64,000 bases of DNA from the NCBI GenBank assembly GCA_965644265.1, contig OZ286465.1:93186001-93250000 (forward strand). The letters run 5' to 3'. Within the stretch, counting starts at the first letter, position 1. Each line of letters begins with the position of its first letter. This DNA is from Glycera tridactyla (Eukaryota). Below the pieces are notes generated by a model. It saw only the letters and a program-made list of their open reading frames with translations, made no database searches and was not told the origin of the DNA. Positions 12,819 to 26,550 of this stretch are shown here, one piece after another. The position numbers were made by a program, and so were the translations under genes.

Positions 12819-14194
12819 TGGTCAAAGTCATCAAGCTGATTAACCGCCATGAAGTTCAATCACCAGTCACAACCCTACCATTAAGATTCTTGCTGGCAAA
12901 TGTCATCCGTATGATGAGGCACTGCTGCCATCAACATATCAATATTTTCTTCATCTGAATCAAGTTCAAGGCCACATGGACCATCAAGATCATATTTTTC
13001 CTTGATGCGCTGATTCAAATAAGAATATTTGAATTGGGCTTAATGACATTGACTTCATGGATGCTACTTATTCTGCTCGATTGCTTGCCATTTCATAGGG
13101 CACGATTCTTTATGCTGGGCTTCTTGACGCTCACAAGAGGCCAGTCACCACAAGCCTAATGAATATCAGACTTGACAAAAGACTCGAGACCTAAAACCCA
13201 TCTGTTCAAGGACAATCTACTCCGGACGTATCTCAACAATGCACCTGACCTTCATTTCTTACTATGGCCTAACCTTGCCTCATTATTCACCATTTAGCGT
13301 TATCAAATATCAATCCATCGACTCATTTCCTTCACAAATCAATTGAAAACAATAGTTGTGGGTGTTCCATTGTTGGTTCACATGAAATGAATATGAGCTA
13401 ACTTCATAAATAATGTCACAAGTAAGCCCATGCCCTCGCTAGTTACAATTACCATTCACACCTAGATTCGGTGACCTTGCTCACTCGTGATCAACTTTCA
13501 AACCTTTTGTCCTCATCTCTCAGTACAGTGTCATATGGAATCGCTCACAAATATTGTTACCAATGTTTTCCTGAAAGAATTGTGTGGATTCGTTCATTCA
13601 CAATGAAGTTATGTGAAGAAGAATCAGACAAGGTTGAGCAGAATGTATGCCTCCATCTCGTTAATGTTGGGGCTTGCTGCTCATCGCTTGTTCCACTTTA
13701 GTACCCGTATGTAGCCGGCCGCGAAAGTGGTGGGAACGAGCAGGAGAAATCAAGCAATTCTACACGAACATGTTAATGGGTTTTCATCACCAAAAAGTGA
13801 ACTTTGTAGACATGTGGTTTTAATAGAGGTCATTTACTGGTGAAAAAAGTATCAAGGTCACAGCTCAGAGTGACATTAGCAGGTGGTCTTTATGGAGAGG
13901 TGGTCTCTCAAGCAGGTTTGACTATGTGAGTGCATCCATGTGTGTGCTTGTGTATTGAGGGTCTGTTATGTAATTTTGGAGAGAGCAAAGAAATGGACGC
14001 TTGCCATAGAGAAGTGCAGAAGCACGTCTATTACCAGAGAATCTTACATAACCATGAAAGGAAAGCCAAGGGGAGTGTGAGAGGCCTTATACCATACAGA
14101 CAATTAATGAGCCTTGTTGATTCACCTGTCTCAATGAATTCCAAACTTACAGATACAACCATAACACAGATACAAACAATTTTCGTTTTTCTTG

Positions 14195-14410
14195 AATAAC
14201 TCCGTAATTTGTTGACCAATATGCATGAAAATTGTGTCTTGCCCATCTACAATTTATGGTGATGACATATGCAAAGTCTCAATCCAATAGCTCAAGAAAT
14301 GTAGGAGTAGTTCGGGGGACAAACCGATCAACCAACCAACTGACCGACCGACCAGCAGAGTGACTCCAGTATACCCCCTTCCAAACTTCGTTTGGGCGGG
14401 GGTATAAAAA
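14195..14410 (+). mobile_element. 3' end of a HINE/Helentron-like element
   Basis: (CAAC/CGAC)n microsatellite followed by the hairpin TATACCCCC...AAACTTCGTTT...GGGGGTATA and an A-run. Confidence 0.6.
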
Positions 14411-14676
14411 GGTGAGGAATGAATATGTGACATAGCTATGTGGTTCTCAGCATATTAGGAATGGTTGATAAGGTTCCTTCATTTTGGTGACATGGAATAT
14501 CAGTTGGTCAGTTGCATTTCAATGGCATGTATTGGTTTATATGATTATGGATGTTATGTGTTCTTGCTATATGTGAGCTAGCTGTACTGTCCCCTGAATG
14601 CAGCAGTCACACAGACTCTGGACACAATACGATGATGAGACAAAGGCTTGAAAGTGGGAGAAGCTGTTGATCTATA

Positions 14677-14854
14677 CAGTCGAACCTGTCTATAAAGACC
14701 GCCTTCGGTCGCATTAAAAAGTGGTCTTTATAGGCAGGTGGTCTTTATAGAGAGGTCATTTACTGTTGAAAATACTATCACGGTCGCAGCTCAGGGTGGT
14801 CTTTATAGGGAGGTGGTCTCTATAGAGAGGTGGTCTTTAGAGCAGGTTCGACTG
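14677..14854 (-). mobile_element. 178-bp MITE, same family as 10508-10685, opposite orientation
   Basis: Same termini, TA flanks and length; the internal sequence is the reverse complement of the 10508 copy with a few substitutions. Confidence 0.9.
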
Positions 14855-14999
14855 TATATGGTCTATGCAAGACTCAAATGATACACATCCAACCTCATTA
14901 CAAATACAAGAAAACATTATATATACTCAACCAACAAGTTTATTCATAATATAATCACACATATACAGTATAGGTTCATTGTGTATACATTTGTCTTAT

Positions 15000-17900
15000 A
15001 CTTTCTTCAATGCTAAGAGTGAATCGCATCAAGTGAGCTGGACTCAGGCAAGGATAAAGAGAACAAGGTGTGGAGTCCTGAACTGGCAAATCGGCCAAGT
15101 CAGCGTGGGGGCGTGCTACTGCCCGCTACACTAACATGACTGATAGTGAGGTGCAAGTGACAGTGTTCCAGCAGGTGTGACTATCATGACTGTATTGATA
15201 CAGTCTCAACCGGTGGATAGAGAATGTAACAATAGTGCAATGATATCAGTCATGCTGGGTTGACTCCTTGTCAGCATGCAAACTGGATGACAGTGTGGAT
15301 CCTCCGAGATACAGCAAGTCATAGCATGGCATCAAGTGAGACCATGTCTCAATCACATACAACCATGGAATAAATTGAACTTCATTAACTCAAGTCTAGC
15401 TGGTGCAGGCAATATCTAAATCCCTAGATCTGTAGAGCCTAGACAACAGCATCTAGGGCACAGTCCTTAAAACCCAGTCAATTTCTGTAGAGCTACAAGG
15501 CAAGAAGTTAACAATGTTGAAAGTGAGAATTATCAATGGTGATACTCTCAAATAGTAAGGAATTTTAATGCCAATTATCATAATACACATAAAGAGAAGT
15601 GCTCAATGTGTATTTGCAGGGAAAGACTTTCATTTGTGCCAAATTTCAGCATCTGGGAAATAGTGGAAAAGACTGGTGAACGAAAGCAATGAATCTCAGT
15701 AGCACAGCTCAATAAGCAGCCAACTAGAGGAGATTCTGTCACCTAGAAATCAATAGCAGTAAACATATATATTTCTGCCTGTCAGGTAAGACTATGAACA
15801 TCCTTCATAAAATGTTCAGGATATATTTTCCACACAGTCGCATTGTCATTGCATTGTCAATTCTATCAGACCGCAATAAGAAACCAACAGAAACAATGTA
15901 TGAATGAGTCACGCTTGTTGGTGTTGCATGTGTACATGCATATGTATGTGTGTGGAGGACTGCGTATCTATTCATTTTTTGAGAGCGGGAGCAATAAATA
16001 TTTCCATAGAAAGAAGATACATCAAACTTGCACCAAGCAATGTCTGAAAGTCAAAGTATCACAGAAATAAAGTTTATATAGATGTATTGTGTGAAGATTT
16101 GACTGGATGATTGCTCAACAAATACATACGATGAGCTGCTTTCTGAAGAATCCAGGTGGATGCAAAATTTGAACAGACCTATGCCCATGTATGTTCACTC
16201 CAATTCTCCTGCTGTGCACACTGATCTTGAAAGCAATCCAGGAACTGGAATAATCATTTCAAATGTTTGCTAAGCTCCTTGAGTAAGCTGAACTACGGAT
16301 TCAACATTAAATATTCCAATCACTTGAGTCACCGATACTTATTAAAAAAACAACCGTCATCAATAGCAATCATTACAGAATTCACTGAGTCAACAAGTAC
16401 CATAGGGTTGCTTAGTACTCAGAAATACAGATTTGACAGGAAACATTATAGTAATATGATGGGAGAACCCACCACTACATTCTGAAGAAGACAAATGGCT
16501 GTACAGATGTGACATACCCAAATGATCCCAAGAGATTGAGCTTGCAGTCCATGCACCAGTTGTGTGTAAAGCAATGAAGTCTATGTACACTGCTGCTGGG
16601 GTTACACGGGAGATTCAGTAAGTCGGCATTTTGTGCCGAACCCATCATCCAAAGCACCGACGTCAGTGCATTACCCATAATGCCCTGCCTGGCATGTGTG
16701 ACTGCCCCCTACGCCAGTACTCTACAAGGCTATTCTGTAGATATAAATTGGTCTGCTAAGAGCTAAACATGAATAGGTGAGAAATATCTACACTGGTGCA
16801 ATACTACTCGTATTGTTTATTTATAATATGTATATATATTTATACTGTATGTACTCTGTGGTGTGTAGCCAGGGCATTACTGACCAGGGTGTGGGGACCA
16901 GGGAGCCTTCAACTGCTGCATCACTACCAGAAAACACTCATCATATCGCCAACGATGAGTTTCAGGGGTATTCAAGCACAAACTCAGTAAACTATCAATA
17001 TTTGGCCTAAATACACATAATGTATTTGAAACTCAAATGACTCCACTGAATGCGGGTTTTGAGAAGATTCTAGCACAAAACTGGGAAATATGTCTTCACA
17101 CCAGATTATGTGGGATGATATAGGGATACAAGCTGAGTACATGATCCCCAAACCCTATATATTTTCAACAAATTATTGGGTGATGATATAAACTTTCAAC
17201 TGTATGAGCATATCTCACCAGATCTGAAGTGGCTGGCGATTGATTAGTAGTTTGGAGTTCTCAATAAAATTCTAACGTGCGTGCTAGGTAAGGAATTGAT
17301 GAATTTTCGAATGTAATGAAATCTGTATTTATCTGGTAGTGAAGCAGCAGGAGGAGTGGTCCAAGAGTCAAACGATGCACCCTAACTGTGCCCCAAGGAA
17401 GTATGCTGCTACCATGAAATTCAAAAATGGCTGCTTCCTTTTATATTGGTCAGCAATGCCCTCTATCATGAAAAAAGTGACATCTAGACAATGACTAGTT
17501 GAATGTGCCTCTTCACAACTGGATTGACACAATACAGATCTCTACACTGCAAGCCAGCTCTGGCGAGACTCAAATAAGGAGTCTAATCTCCTATACCACC
17601 AGCAACTGATTCTAGGAATTGTGACGATAATGAATACACAGAGTGTTGATATTTAGCATTGACTGCGGCAAAGTTTGGCATGATATTTCTCAATCTTGAT
17701 GCATCCAGCTACTAATGTGCTATAGTCATTAGCACTAACAAAGCCAACAATTTGGTAAAATATTTGGTCCATGACTACTTCCTCAGATTCGACTAGTTTT
17801 GCCTAAAGCTACACTCGTAAATCAATACTTACTCAAGAGACTATTCTTCCTTTTGGAGCTTTATCATAGAATTGTGGTAGTCTTGATGGAGCTCACAGAA

Positions 17901-20100
17901 TTGAGCAATCGCCCAGCAAGTACTTATGACCCTATGAAATTATCATTGATAACTCGTATTATTACAAATTACACGCAGGTCATGAGAGTTGAAATGTCGA
18001 TGTACGGATGAAGATGCGATGACAAATCGTCAACTGAAAGATGTCACTTTCTCCACGTCAACTGTTCCCCTTGACACAATTGCATGTAACCGTATATTAC
18101 AATAAAATGCAATATTTTTTTTTCTCATTAGCTTTTGTAAAATAAAGTTAATGAAATGACACATCTCATAGTCATCAAAACACAACCAATAGGAGTTGTG
18201 ATTTACACAAAGCCAGCTTGGCGTTATTTTTTGTTTACTAAAAAAAACCCACTGAAATTATAATCACCAATACACATCTACATCCAATTTCTCAAGCCAA
18301 AACGTACATTCTTAAACCTCAAATTCATTATTTATTTACTACAATATGCACTGGTGCTCCTTATAGAAAGTGCAGTGGCTGATGGTCACCAGTGAATGCA
18401 CTCCTTTTAAGGGACACCAATAGGACTCACAATTATACATAAGATCGTCGTAATCTGTGAGAGGTTTAACAACGTACATCCCAGCCTTTTTTTTACAATG
18501 TGAGAGAAGTAGAGTGGAAAAGTCTGTGATTCAGAAGAGAGACAAAAACAGCTGCCTATGCGGCCATTTTTCTAACAATAGCATCTGGCAAAGCAAATGA
18601 CTAGATTCGAGACACTGATGACAGAACATTCTATGTATGCGCAAAAAATCCATCGATGAAATCACCCCTTCATGCTCCAGAGCGATACTTCGCTATGCGA
18701 CCATTGAATCACCATGCGACTAGCATGAGTGAGATGTAGAGAGACAGAACTACCAGGGCTATACCTCGTCTCATACTTCAACTACAGTCCATACATTCAT
18801 TCAGATCATTCAAAGAACTTCCCTACCTACTGAAAGACATAAAACTGGAAGAATGAGCCAGATTCGTGAGACAACTTTCAAGAAAGTTTCAAGGAACACC
18901 CAACATGATCGTAATCCACACTTGTGAATCATCTTTGAACAGGAACCATTCATCTCCTGCTGAAGCACTCACAGGAAATGTAAGACCTATATTTCTGTTG
19001 ATTTTCTTGACATAATCAAACGTATCTACAGTGAAACCTGCAATGAGAAGCCACTTTCTATAGGAGACTGTTTCTCCATGACAGCTTTTCTATTTGACAT
19101 AGTCAAATGTAGACCGACTAGAGACCATCTCTTTTGAGATTGCGTTTTGGTGACATTTTGGGCGGTCTCTCCTCACACGTCTTACTGTAGTACATAACAG
19201 ACCGCACTGTAGTACTCCTCAACTGAAAGCCCACTTTGCAACAAATTCCTTTTCAGTGCTATTCGGTCTCTTATGGCAAAATTTCATTTCATACAATGGA
19301 ACCCGTGATGAGCAAGTTCGAGTCGAGCAAGCAATTCTATTGAAGAGCTCTATTCAATTATCCCTCGGCAAATATGCCTGCAATCAGCAAGCACCTGACT
19401 GAAGGGACCAACTTTTGAGAAATTTAGTCTGCTTTCTCATTGCATGCTCTATACATAAATCAGATCAAATTTCATTCAATTGCAATGAAAATTGACATCC
19501 ACACAGACTGACCATGTGTCAAATCAACTTGGTAACATCTCACATAGTCAAGATGCAAACATTCTGGCCTCTGAACCAGCATTCTTTCATTGCCTCAATG
19601 AAGCAATCCGACAAGCCCCTAGTTACAAATTCTCCAATTCATACAATAACGATGGAGGTGAGCATAAAATGGCCAAAAGACCTGTGAGACTACTTAATTG
19701 TATTACTGCGATTCTATTCAGTATATGCATTACACATATCTAAAAGACCAGAGTGGACTCAGGATGAGCAAAGCAGGTGTCCTCAAACTTGAGATAATAT
19801 TGCTCCAAAAAACATTCCCTAGATGAAAACATTGTAATTCTCACCAAACTAGGCTCATCCGTGACAATCCATTTGTGCACATTGAACAGACTGGCCCCAA
19901 TTAAAGATTTCCTAAACATTAACAATGAGCAATGTCCAACCCTAATGACATCTCAATAGCAATGACTTCGATCAATTCCTCATTCCATCATGGCTGGTGA
20001 TTCTATCAATCAATCAACCGACCAATCACTGATGAATGTAACTATCTATTAGATGCAATAACTTTCAAGCTATTACAGTGTGTCTATTTCTTCCTACCAG
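15000..20100 (+). pseudogene. Probable ancient LINE remnant(s)
   Basis: Coding-like composition with broken frames and weak RT-like remnants such as LGSSVT; no intact ORF. Confidence 0.2.
19029..19187. mobile_element. CAGTGAAACC-type MITE copy
   Basis: ta-CAGTGAAACCTGC...TTACTG-ta; internal TTTTGGTGACATTT...GGTCTC shared with the 3429 and 39599 copies. Confidence 0.75.
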
Positions 20101-21109
20101 ACACCCAGTGTTCTGTGAAGCAGCCACTTATTTCTGTGATTCTTAACTTTCTCAACTACCGAAGCAGCTCCGATAGAGACTGAAGACAGATACTGCCAAT
20201 TAATATAAGCACTAGGTTAAATGTTTTTTGTATAATAGAGCATGCAATCTTCAATTCAGTGGCACCAAACTTGCACCAAAAGTCATGGTCAGAGACTGGC
20301 AATCACTTCTGTCATATTTTTAACATCGGATGTCAAATACACATCATACCTCAGATAAGAGTCTACTCCTATATAATGCACCTTTCAACGATGAATACTT
20401 TTTACATCTTGAAAGGATATATCACCACTTTCATTCAACTGTAATAAGAAGCTTATAATATGTTTGAGTACTACCGTATATTGCACACCGCACTTGACAA
20501 TGCCTTTGCGCACTGTGTGTATATTCGGGAATATACGGTATGCAAAACTGATAAATTGGGTGCTCACATAAATTCTTAACATTGAGATGGTCATGAAATA
20601 TCGGATTAGCCCCCATTCATATCAAATTGACCTGATGGATGGAAGCTCTTACTCCCACCAATATGGCCCTTTCTCTTGTTAGGATTCATCCCATAATCTT
20701 GCATGGGTGTGACCCTCCATGATTGAATTACCACCAATTGTTTCAGGTATGAAAATTCAATATGCCTCCAATTCCATGTATATGCACTCACTAGGATAAA
20801 ATATGGATTGGACATGCAAAATTTCCCATCTTCATGATCACATATTAAGTTGATATCTCAGGTGAAAATTTCGTCAAAATGTGAGGACAGCTTCTGATCT
20901 GCAAGTTGGGTATTGGTATTCCGGTTCAGTATGTTCATTATAGGCAGTGACTAACACAATGAGACAGCTGATGACGAAGTAGGTTCTGTAACCTAAAGAC
21001 AGGGAAACAGCTGCTGAACTTTAGTCAATACAGGCAGAAACAATAGAAGACTGTGAAGACAACAACAACTATTTCAACAAAGGATGCACAAACGACGACA
21101 ACAGCGATG

Positions 21110-21170
21110 ACTGATGACTGACGATGGCGATGATGACGACGATGACGATGATGATGATGGTGATGGCGGA
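21110..21170. repeat. Imperfect (GAT/GAC)n trinucleotide repeat in the CADPS 3' UTR region
   Basis: GATGATGACGACGATGACGATGATGATGATGGTGATGG. Confidence 0.9.
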
Positions 21171-21306
21171 GTGATGTTTGGTGATTGGCTCTGATATTCA
21201 CAGTGTGTATTCTTGAATTTTTTTACAACAGTTTGTGTTATTTGAGATGACGAGGTGGAGTACGATGACGACGCAAATCGAATTGAGACATTTTTAGCAC
21301 CAGCCA

Positions 21307-21399
21307 TTATTCGGAGTCGTCTCCTCGCGCTCCCCCGTTACTCAGGAAACGCGTACTTGAGCCACTGCCCATTGTCACGGATTGGGTGGCTTCCTCCAC
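21307..21399 (-). CDS. CADPS: CADPS canonical terminal coding exon VEEATQSVTMGSGSSTRFLSNGGARGDDSE*
   Basis: Strong acceptor ttttcttttttttgtttccag. Begins VEEAT like CAPS VEEATASV, has an acidic end and a TAA stop at 21309-21307. Confidence 0.93.
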   Translation of the reverse strand: MEEATQSVTMGSGSSTRFLSNGGARGDDSE

Positions 21400-24300
21400 C
21401 TGGAAACAAAAAAAGAAAAAAATCATGACTGATACCACATTTTTCTTCTCAAATTATCGCATCCACCTGCATTCACCATAATTCTAGATAAAAATATCAC
21501 ACATATCAATCAGCATTCGATTGAAAGATGTAAACATGGCGATACTACCCAACACTTCTATCCCACTGCAATCATTTCATATCATCACAACAGTACAAAC
21601 TACAAACCATGATATCGACTGGTTTATTTAGATTTTTCTACCAGTACAATATTGAGGCACAGTAGAATTTATGCCAACCTCAAAATTGCTTGACAAAATA
21701 GGTCACTTCGAGCTCATATGAGGAGGAACATTTCAAAATCAACCAGTTTTGGACTGCAAAAGCAGGACACATTTTCGTACATTCTACACTGAGCCTAGGC
21801 ATTTTTTTTGTTTTCCAAATTATTATTTAGTCATCGTTCTCGAGGAAAATATCAGTCATGCACGCACACACTCACGCATCCATGCACGCACACACACACC
21901 TTTGATATCATTTTCAAAACTGGTACATTCTTCATCCAACAACCAGGAAAACTTATCTGAGGAAGATGAGTGAATCATACATGGAAAGATGTTCCTGAAA
22001 TTATCCCTTGGGACTAATACAGATACTCCCATCGAATGGATGAATGACAGAAAGATGCACTGTCAAGTTGAAATTTGGTGAAGACCGGAATAAATCACGA
22101 GGGATGGGTTCATACAAGTGTATATTATCTGAGGGCTGTCTAATCAAAAGTGAGCAAATGCTCCAGATGATCAAAGAGAAATTGAATAGGGTGATCACAA
22201 AAAAGGGTGGTAATCATGGTGTTTGGAGGGCGGGGGGTGAGGGAGTTTATGGCCAATTCGGAAAAACCAGTATTGTGTATGACTTGTTGCTTGCTCAGTG
22301 AGGTGAACCATGTGATAAATTATGTGTTTACAGACACTTTGATTCAATTACAGTGATCTCAGTTCTATTTTATCATTAAATTTATGGCCTACACTGATTG
22401 CAGTAGTGATCTTTACCTGCAAGAAAACCTGGAAGAAACAAGCCACTGTGATATTTCAGACCAATCAAAAGTGGATATACCTTCCAGCTAAAAGGCACAA
22501 TTGATTGACTTCTTCCAGAAGGTAAAGACAAAAATGAACGCCAAACTGGAATATAGTAATGACTCCCAGCTCCAAAATGGATACACGTAACTCAAGAACT
22601 CGTCGGGGAAAACATACTGAAGGACTTCACCTGCCCTCATTCGACCAACTGGAGACAAAATGGCAATGCACGCATCAGCAATGCACCATGCACCTTACAA
22701 AATGGCTGCAATCGATCAAAATGGAAATTTCCAAAATGCTGGAAATCAAGCAGCAACTTCTATCAAAATGGACAAAAATCTGGTAGTCATATTATGATAT
22801 ATGAGCTTAAAATCAAAGAACTAAAAATCAATAAGTAAACCATCAAAAATGGAATAGTAGTCCTATGTGTGAATGACCAAATTTGGCTAGAATCTTTGAG
22901 CATTTCCTGAATCACTTCTGCTTGCTGATTCAAATATAACTAAAATATAACTAAAGCATGACAGTCTGATGATGTTCAATTTCCATGCTTCAGGGTTCAT
23001 TAAATTGACTGTTTAATGCTCAACATCTCATCAACTATAAGAGGATTACATGAGACTGAAGGGATGGTATAATTCTCAAAAATATTGCCCTGATTATACT
23101 TGATCTATAAGAATAATATATATATATATATATATCTGAGGTACTCCATCGCTACCAAGTTATTTTGGTGATGGGCCATTAAAGGATGCCATCGAAGGAT
23201 TTGAATGGAAACTGAAATCAGGAATTGACTCAAAGTATATTCAGATGATTTAAACATCTGCCATTATGATCTTCTTATGTCATTCCATCCTTTTGTTGGC
23301 GGTAATTTGGGTTTGCATGGACAGAAAACTCAGTGAAGATGGGTGCTATGAAGAATAGTTTTGTTCATTGTATCAACTCAAGATGCTTTGTTATTGAGTG
23401 CAAATTATCACATGAATGCTCAGTCCCTGATTTATGTATAAGATTCCAGAGATGCACAAATAGAATTTAGATACAATCAGATACTTTGAAAACCAATGGT
23501 ATGCAAGCTACACACCATCAACTCGAAATTGAGGGAAGAGAATCAGTTTTATTTTGGTTAGCAAGTTTACCTTTTCCATTTTGGTTAGCAAGTTTACCTT
23601 TTCCAGAAGTAGTCTGATTTTCATGATCTAAAACCAAAATGCTCAGCATACAATGGCCTTTTTAATCATGCCGTCAGGTTTCATTCACCCTCAATGACAT
23701 GGAAATCCCAAGACTTGCAAAACACTCCTGACAAAATCACTGATGTATTCTACTCCCTAGATGAACACAAGCACCAACCAACAGATGGAGCCTTCAAAAA
23801 CTGTGATGATGCAAAATACATGGCCACTCAAAATGCGGAAATAAACTGTAATATGTGAAAATTGTGGATCATCATGATACAAAAAAGCCACTTCTAGTCA
23901 TGTCATAGAAAAGAAACAAATCTTCATATAGATATCCATCAGAATATTCACATTTCTCAAATCAATCACCAGCTGTCCTACATGAGCTGTGAGATTGAGG
24001 ATAACTAATTACATAATTAAATTTTTGGGACATAACAATTTATTGAGAAATGGCAATTGAGGAGTGGGAAAATCAGTGTATTGTAACTTTTTGACAAGAT
24101 CAATCTATTATGATGGAGACAAATGAGTAATGTATACCTAAAGGAAAAAGTTCTGAATCATATTCCATGACAGGGACACTTTTGGAAGGTTTCTATTCTA
24201 GTTGAAGATATCGATCGAATACTATTCGGAATTCAGGAGTATTCAAAATGGGAGGGAGAGGGGAAAAATGTACCTGTATTCAAAATTCGGGGATAAAGGG

Positions 24301-24835
24301 ATGATGGTAAATCTTGAATTAATCGGTAGAGGCTTGCCAAATAATTCAGATTGGGGGTGGTGTGTGGGTTGTCAAAATATTATGAACTCCATCCTGTCCC
24401 AATTGTTGAATGGTTGAGCCCTCAGGAAGAAGCCCACAGTTAGATCGAGTAAACATCGGTATACTGCATATTGGCATTGGGAAATGGAGGTGGGGCACAG
24501 CATTTCATAGCATGATGGAATTTGATTTTCAACTTCATTATAGATCTAACTTGTAGGTAATCTGTCATGGGCATGAACTTGTATGCCTTTATTGACCACA
24601 GGCGATGTGCTAAGCAAAATCCATAATATGCAGGTCCTACATATCTGAATATGAGTTTTAGGGGAGAATCAAAACCTCTGGGAATGGATAAAAATAAAAT
24701 TAGAATAAGACTATCGGTAAGTCAGTTGAGCTGCACACAAGATGCACTGACCAAAAGTTGGCAATGAAAAAGTATATGTCCATCATCAGCAGGGAACTTC
24801 TAAAAGGAAAAGAAAATTTGAAAAAAGAAAACATT

Positions 24836-24988
24836 TTACGGCACTAACGCGGCCTCAAATGGTATGGACTCATTGACAAGGAGTTTGGCGCTTGTATTCA
24901 AATCTTTTTTCAATTTCTCGGTGAGACCTTGTTCGCCAGCTGCTTTGGCCTGTTCTACCATGGCAAGGGCATGCTTTTCCTCTTCCAC
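24836..24988 (-). CDS. CADPS: Candidate alternative CADPS terminal exon VEEEKHALAMVEQAKAAGEQGLTEKLKKDLNTSAKLLVNESIPFEAALVP*
   Basis: Phase-0 acceptor (ttaac...tgtctgttgtttatcaccag); starts VEE like the canonical last exon; 50 open codons; AATAAA on the minus strand at 24593-24588. Confidence 0.6.
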   Translation of the reverse strand: MEEEKHALAMVEQAKAAGEQGLTEKLKKDLNTSAKLLVNESIPFEAALVP

Positions 24989-26525
24989 CTGGTGATAAAC
25001 AACAGACATGTATGTTAATATACCTACCCTGAGAAAGGTCAACCTAACAAAGGGCATCATCGTTCACTAAGGATGATTCTTGAAGGAATAAGCATGGGAA
25101 ATCTCCCATCTCTGGGTACACCCCACCCAAGTCTGTGAACATTCCTACCCATACACAGGAGAAGTCCATGCCTCCAAGAATACTGTTACTTTCAACATTC
25201 TTATTGCTTCTTTCATTCATATGAAGGCGGCCTTGAAGCAACTAAAAGGTATTGTGGCAGTCTTTCACATTTAAGAATCCATTATAGTATTTTCAACTCG
25301 CTCAATCTGTTTTCTTCCATAAGACCCAATGATTTAGAATACTGCACTTCCAGGTCTTTGCTGGCATAATCAGGTCTCTCATTGATGTTTTTTTCCAGAG
25401 TAACTGAAGGTGCCAAAGGTGACCAGAGGCCCCCAAAAGGCGTTGCAGCTGCCTTCCACACCTTTAGGTCCATCAAGGTGTAGTGAGATGAATATCTCTT
25501 TGGAGGAGCACCGTCAGCTATCAAAGAATGCACTTGGGTCCCACAAGTTTTACTTGAGTGCAACTGCTTGTAGTTATTGTCTTTCCTACAATGCTATCTA
25601 TTGATGTCGTTTTCAGGAATGACGCAGCTGATAAGCAATACTTCTTGACAGGTGATGTCCTGTAATGAACCCATCTTGTGAGCTTATCAAATAATTTACC
25701 GAGTCTGAATTTCAACCTGGGCCATCCAGCTGGATTGAATGGCCAGTCAGGAAAAATAAAAGAAACGCATCCTTGGATAAATATATTTTGGGGTGTATAT
25801 GCATGCGATGCCTACACCAAGAGGCCCGGACTTGTATACCAGTGAAAGTATTGTCAATTGTTGATGGTCACCACAGCCATGACATTGAAGTACATGTATG
25901 GTCATTTCAACCATGGGAGTGAGTAAAGGCCTGGGCTTAGGATACCAACATAGTATTTTAATACAAATAGGATTAAGCATTAATTCTCCGGACAATTTTC
26001 CACAGAGCAGCACCGCATACAAACTCATCACCTCCCCTTCACAATAATCCCAGTCCATCTTGACTACATGTAAATGGTGATCTCCACAAAATCCTATCTT
26101 ATCTAGCCATATACTGCATCATAATTATTTATGCTAATATGTTCCAAAAAATAGTTTTTTGGAAAGAACTGCCATACTTGCTAATCTCCACACCTATGAC
26201 TACTTCATTATGGAGATGAAGATTGCTAGGATAACTATAGTGGTGCATTTTTTCAGGTGTTGGGAGGGGTTGGATCTCTAATTGGTGTATCTAGACAATT
26301 CTATTCCATGGAAGCAGGATATAATTTCCTTCGGGTGTTCAAGCATTCTGGGAAATCCATCAAGAAGTCATATACCATGAAGATCCGAGGCAACCCATGT
26401 ATGTTGTCCTGGTTACGATCATTCATGCATCCTACAGGTGATGGCACTCCCACTACACTACCGGAAATGCCATGCAAGAGCTTCCTCCCAACATCGGACG
26501 TTATATTGACCTCAATTTGGATAAG

Positions 26526-26550
26526 ATCTCTCTCTCTCTCTCTCTCTCTC
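26526..26550. repeat. (CT)n microsatellite
   Basis: Direct reading of the sequence. Confidence 0.95.
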
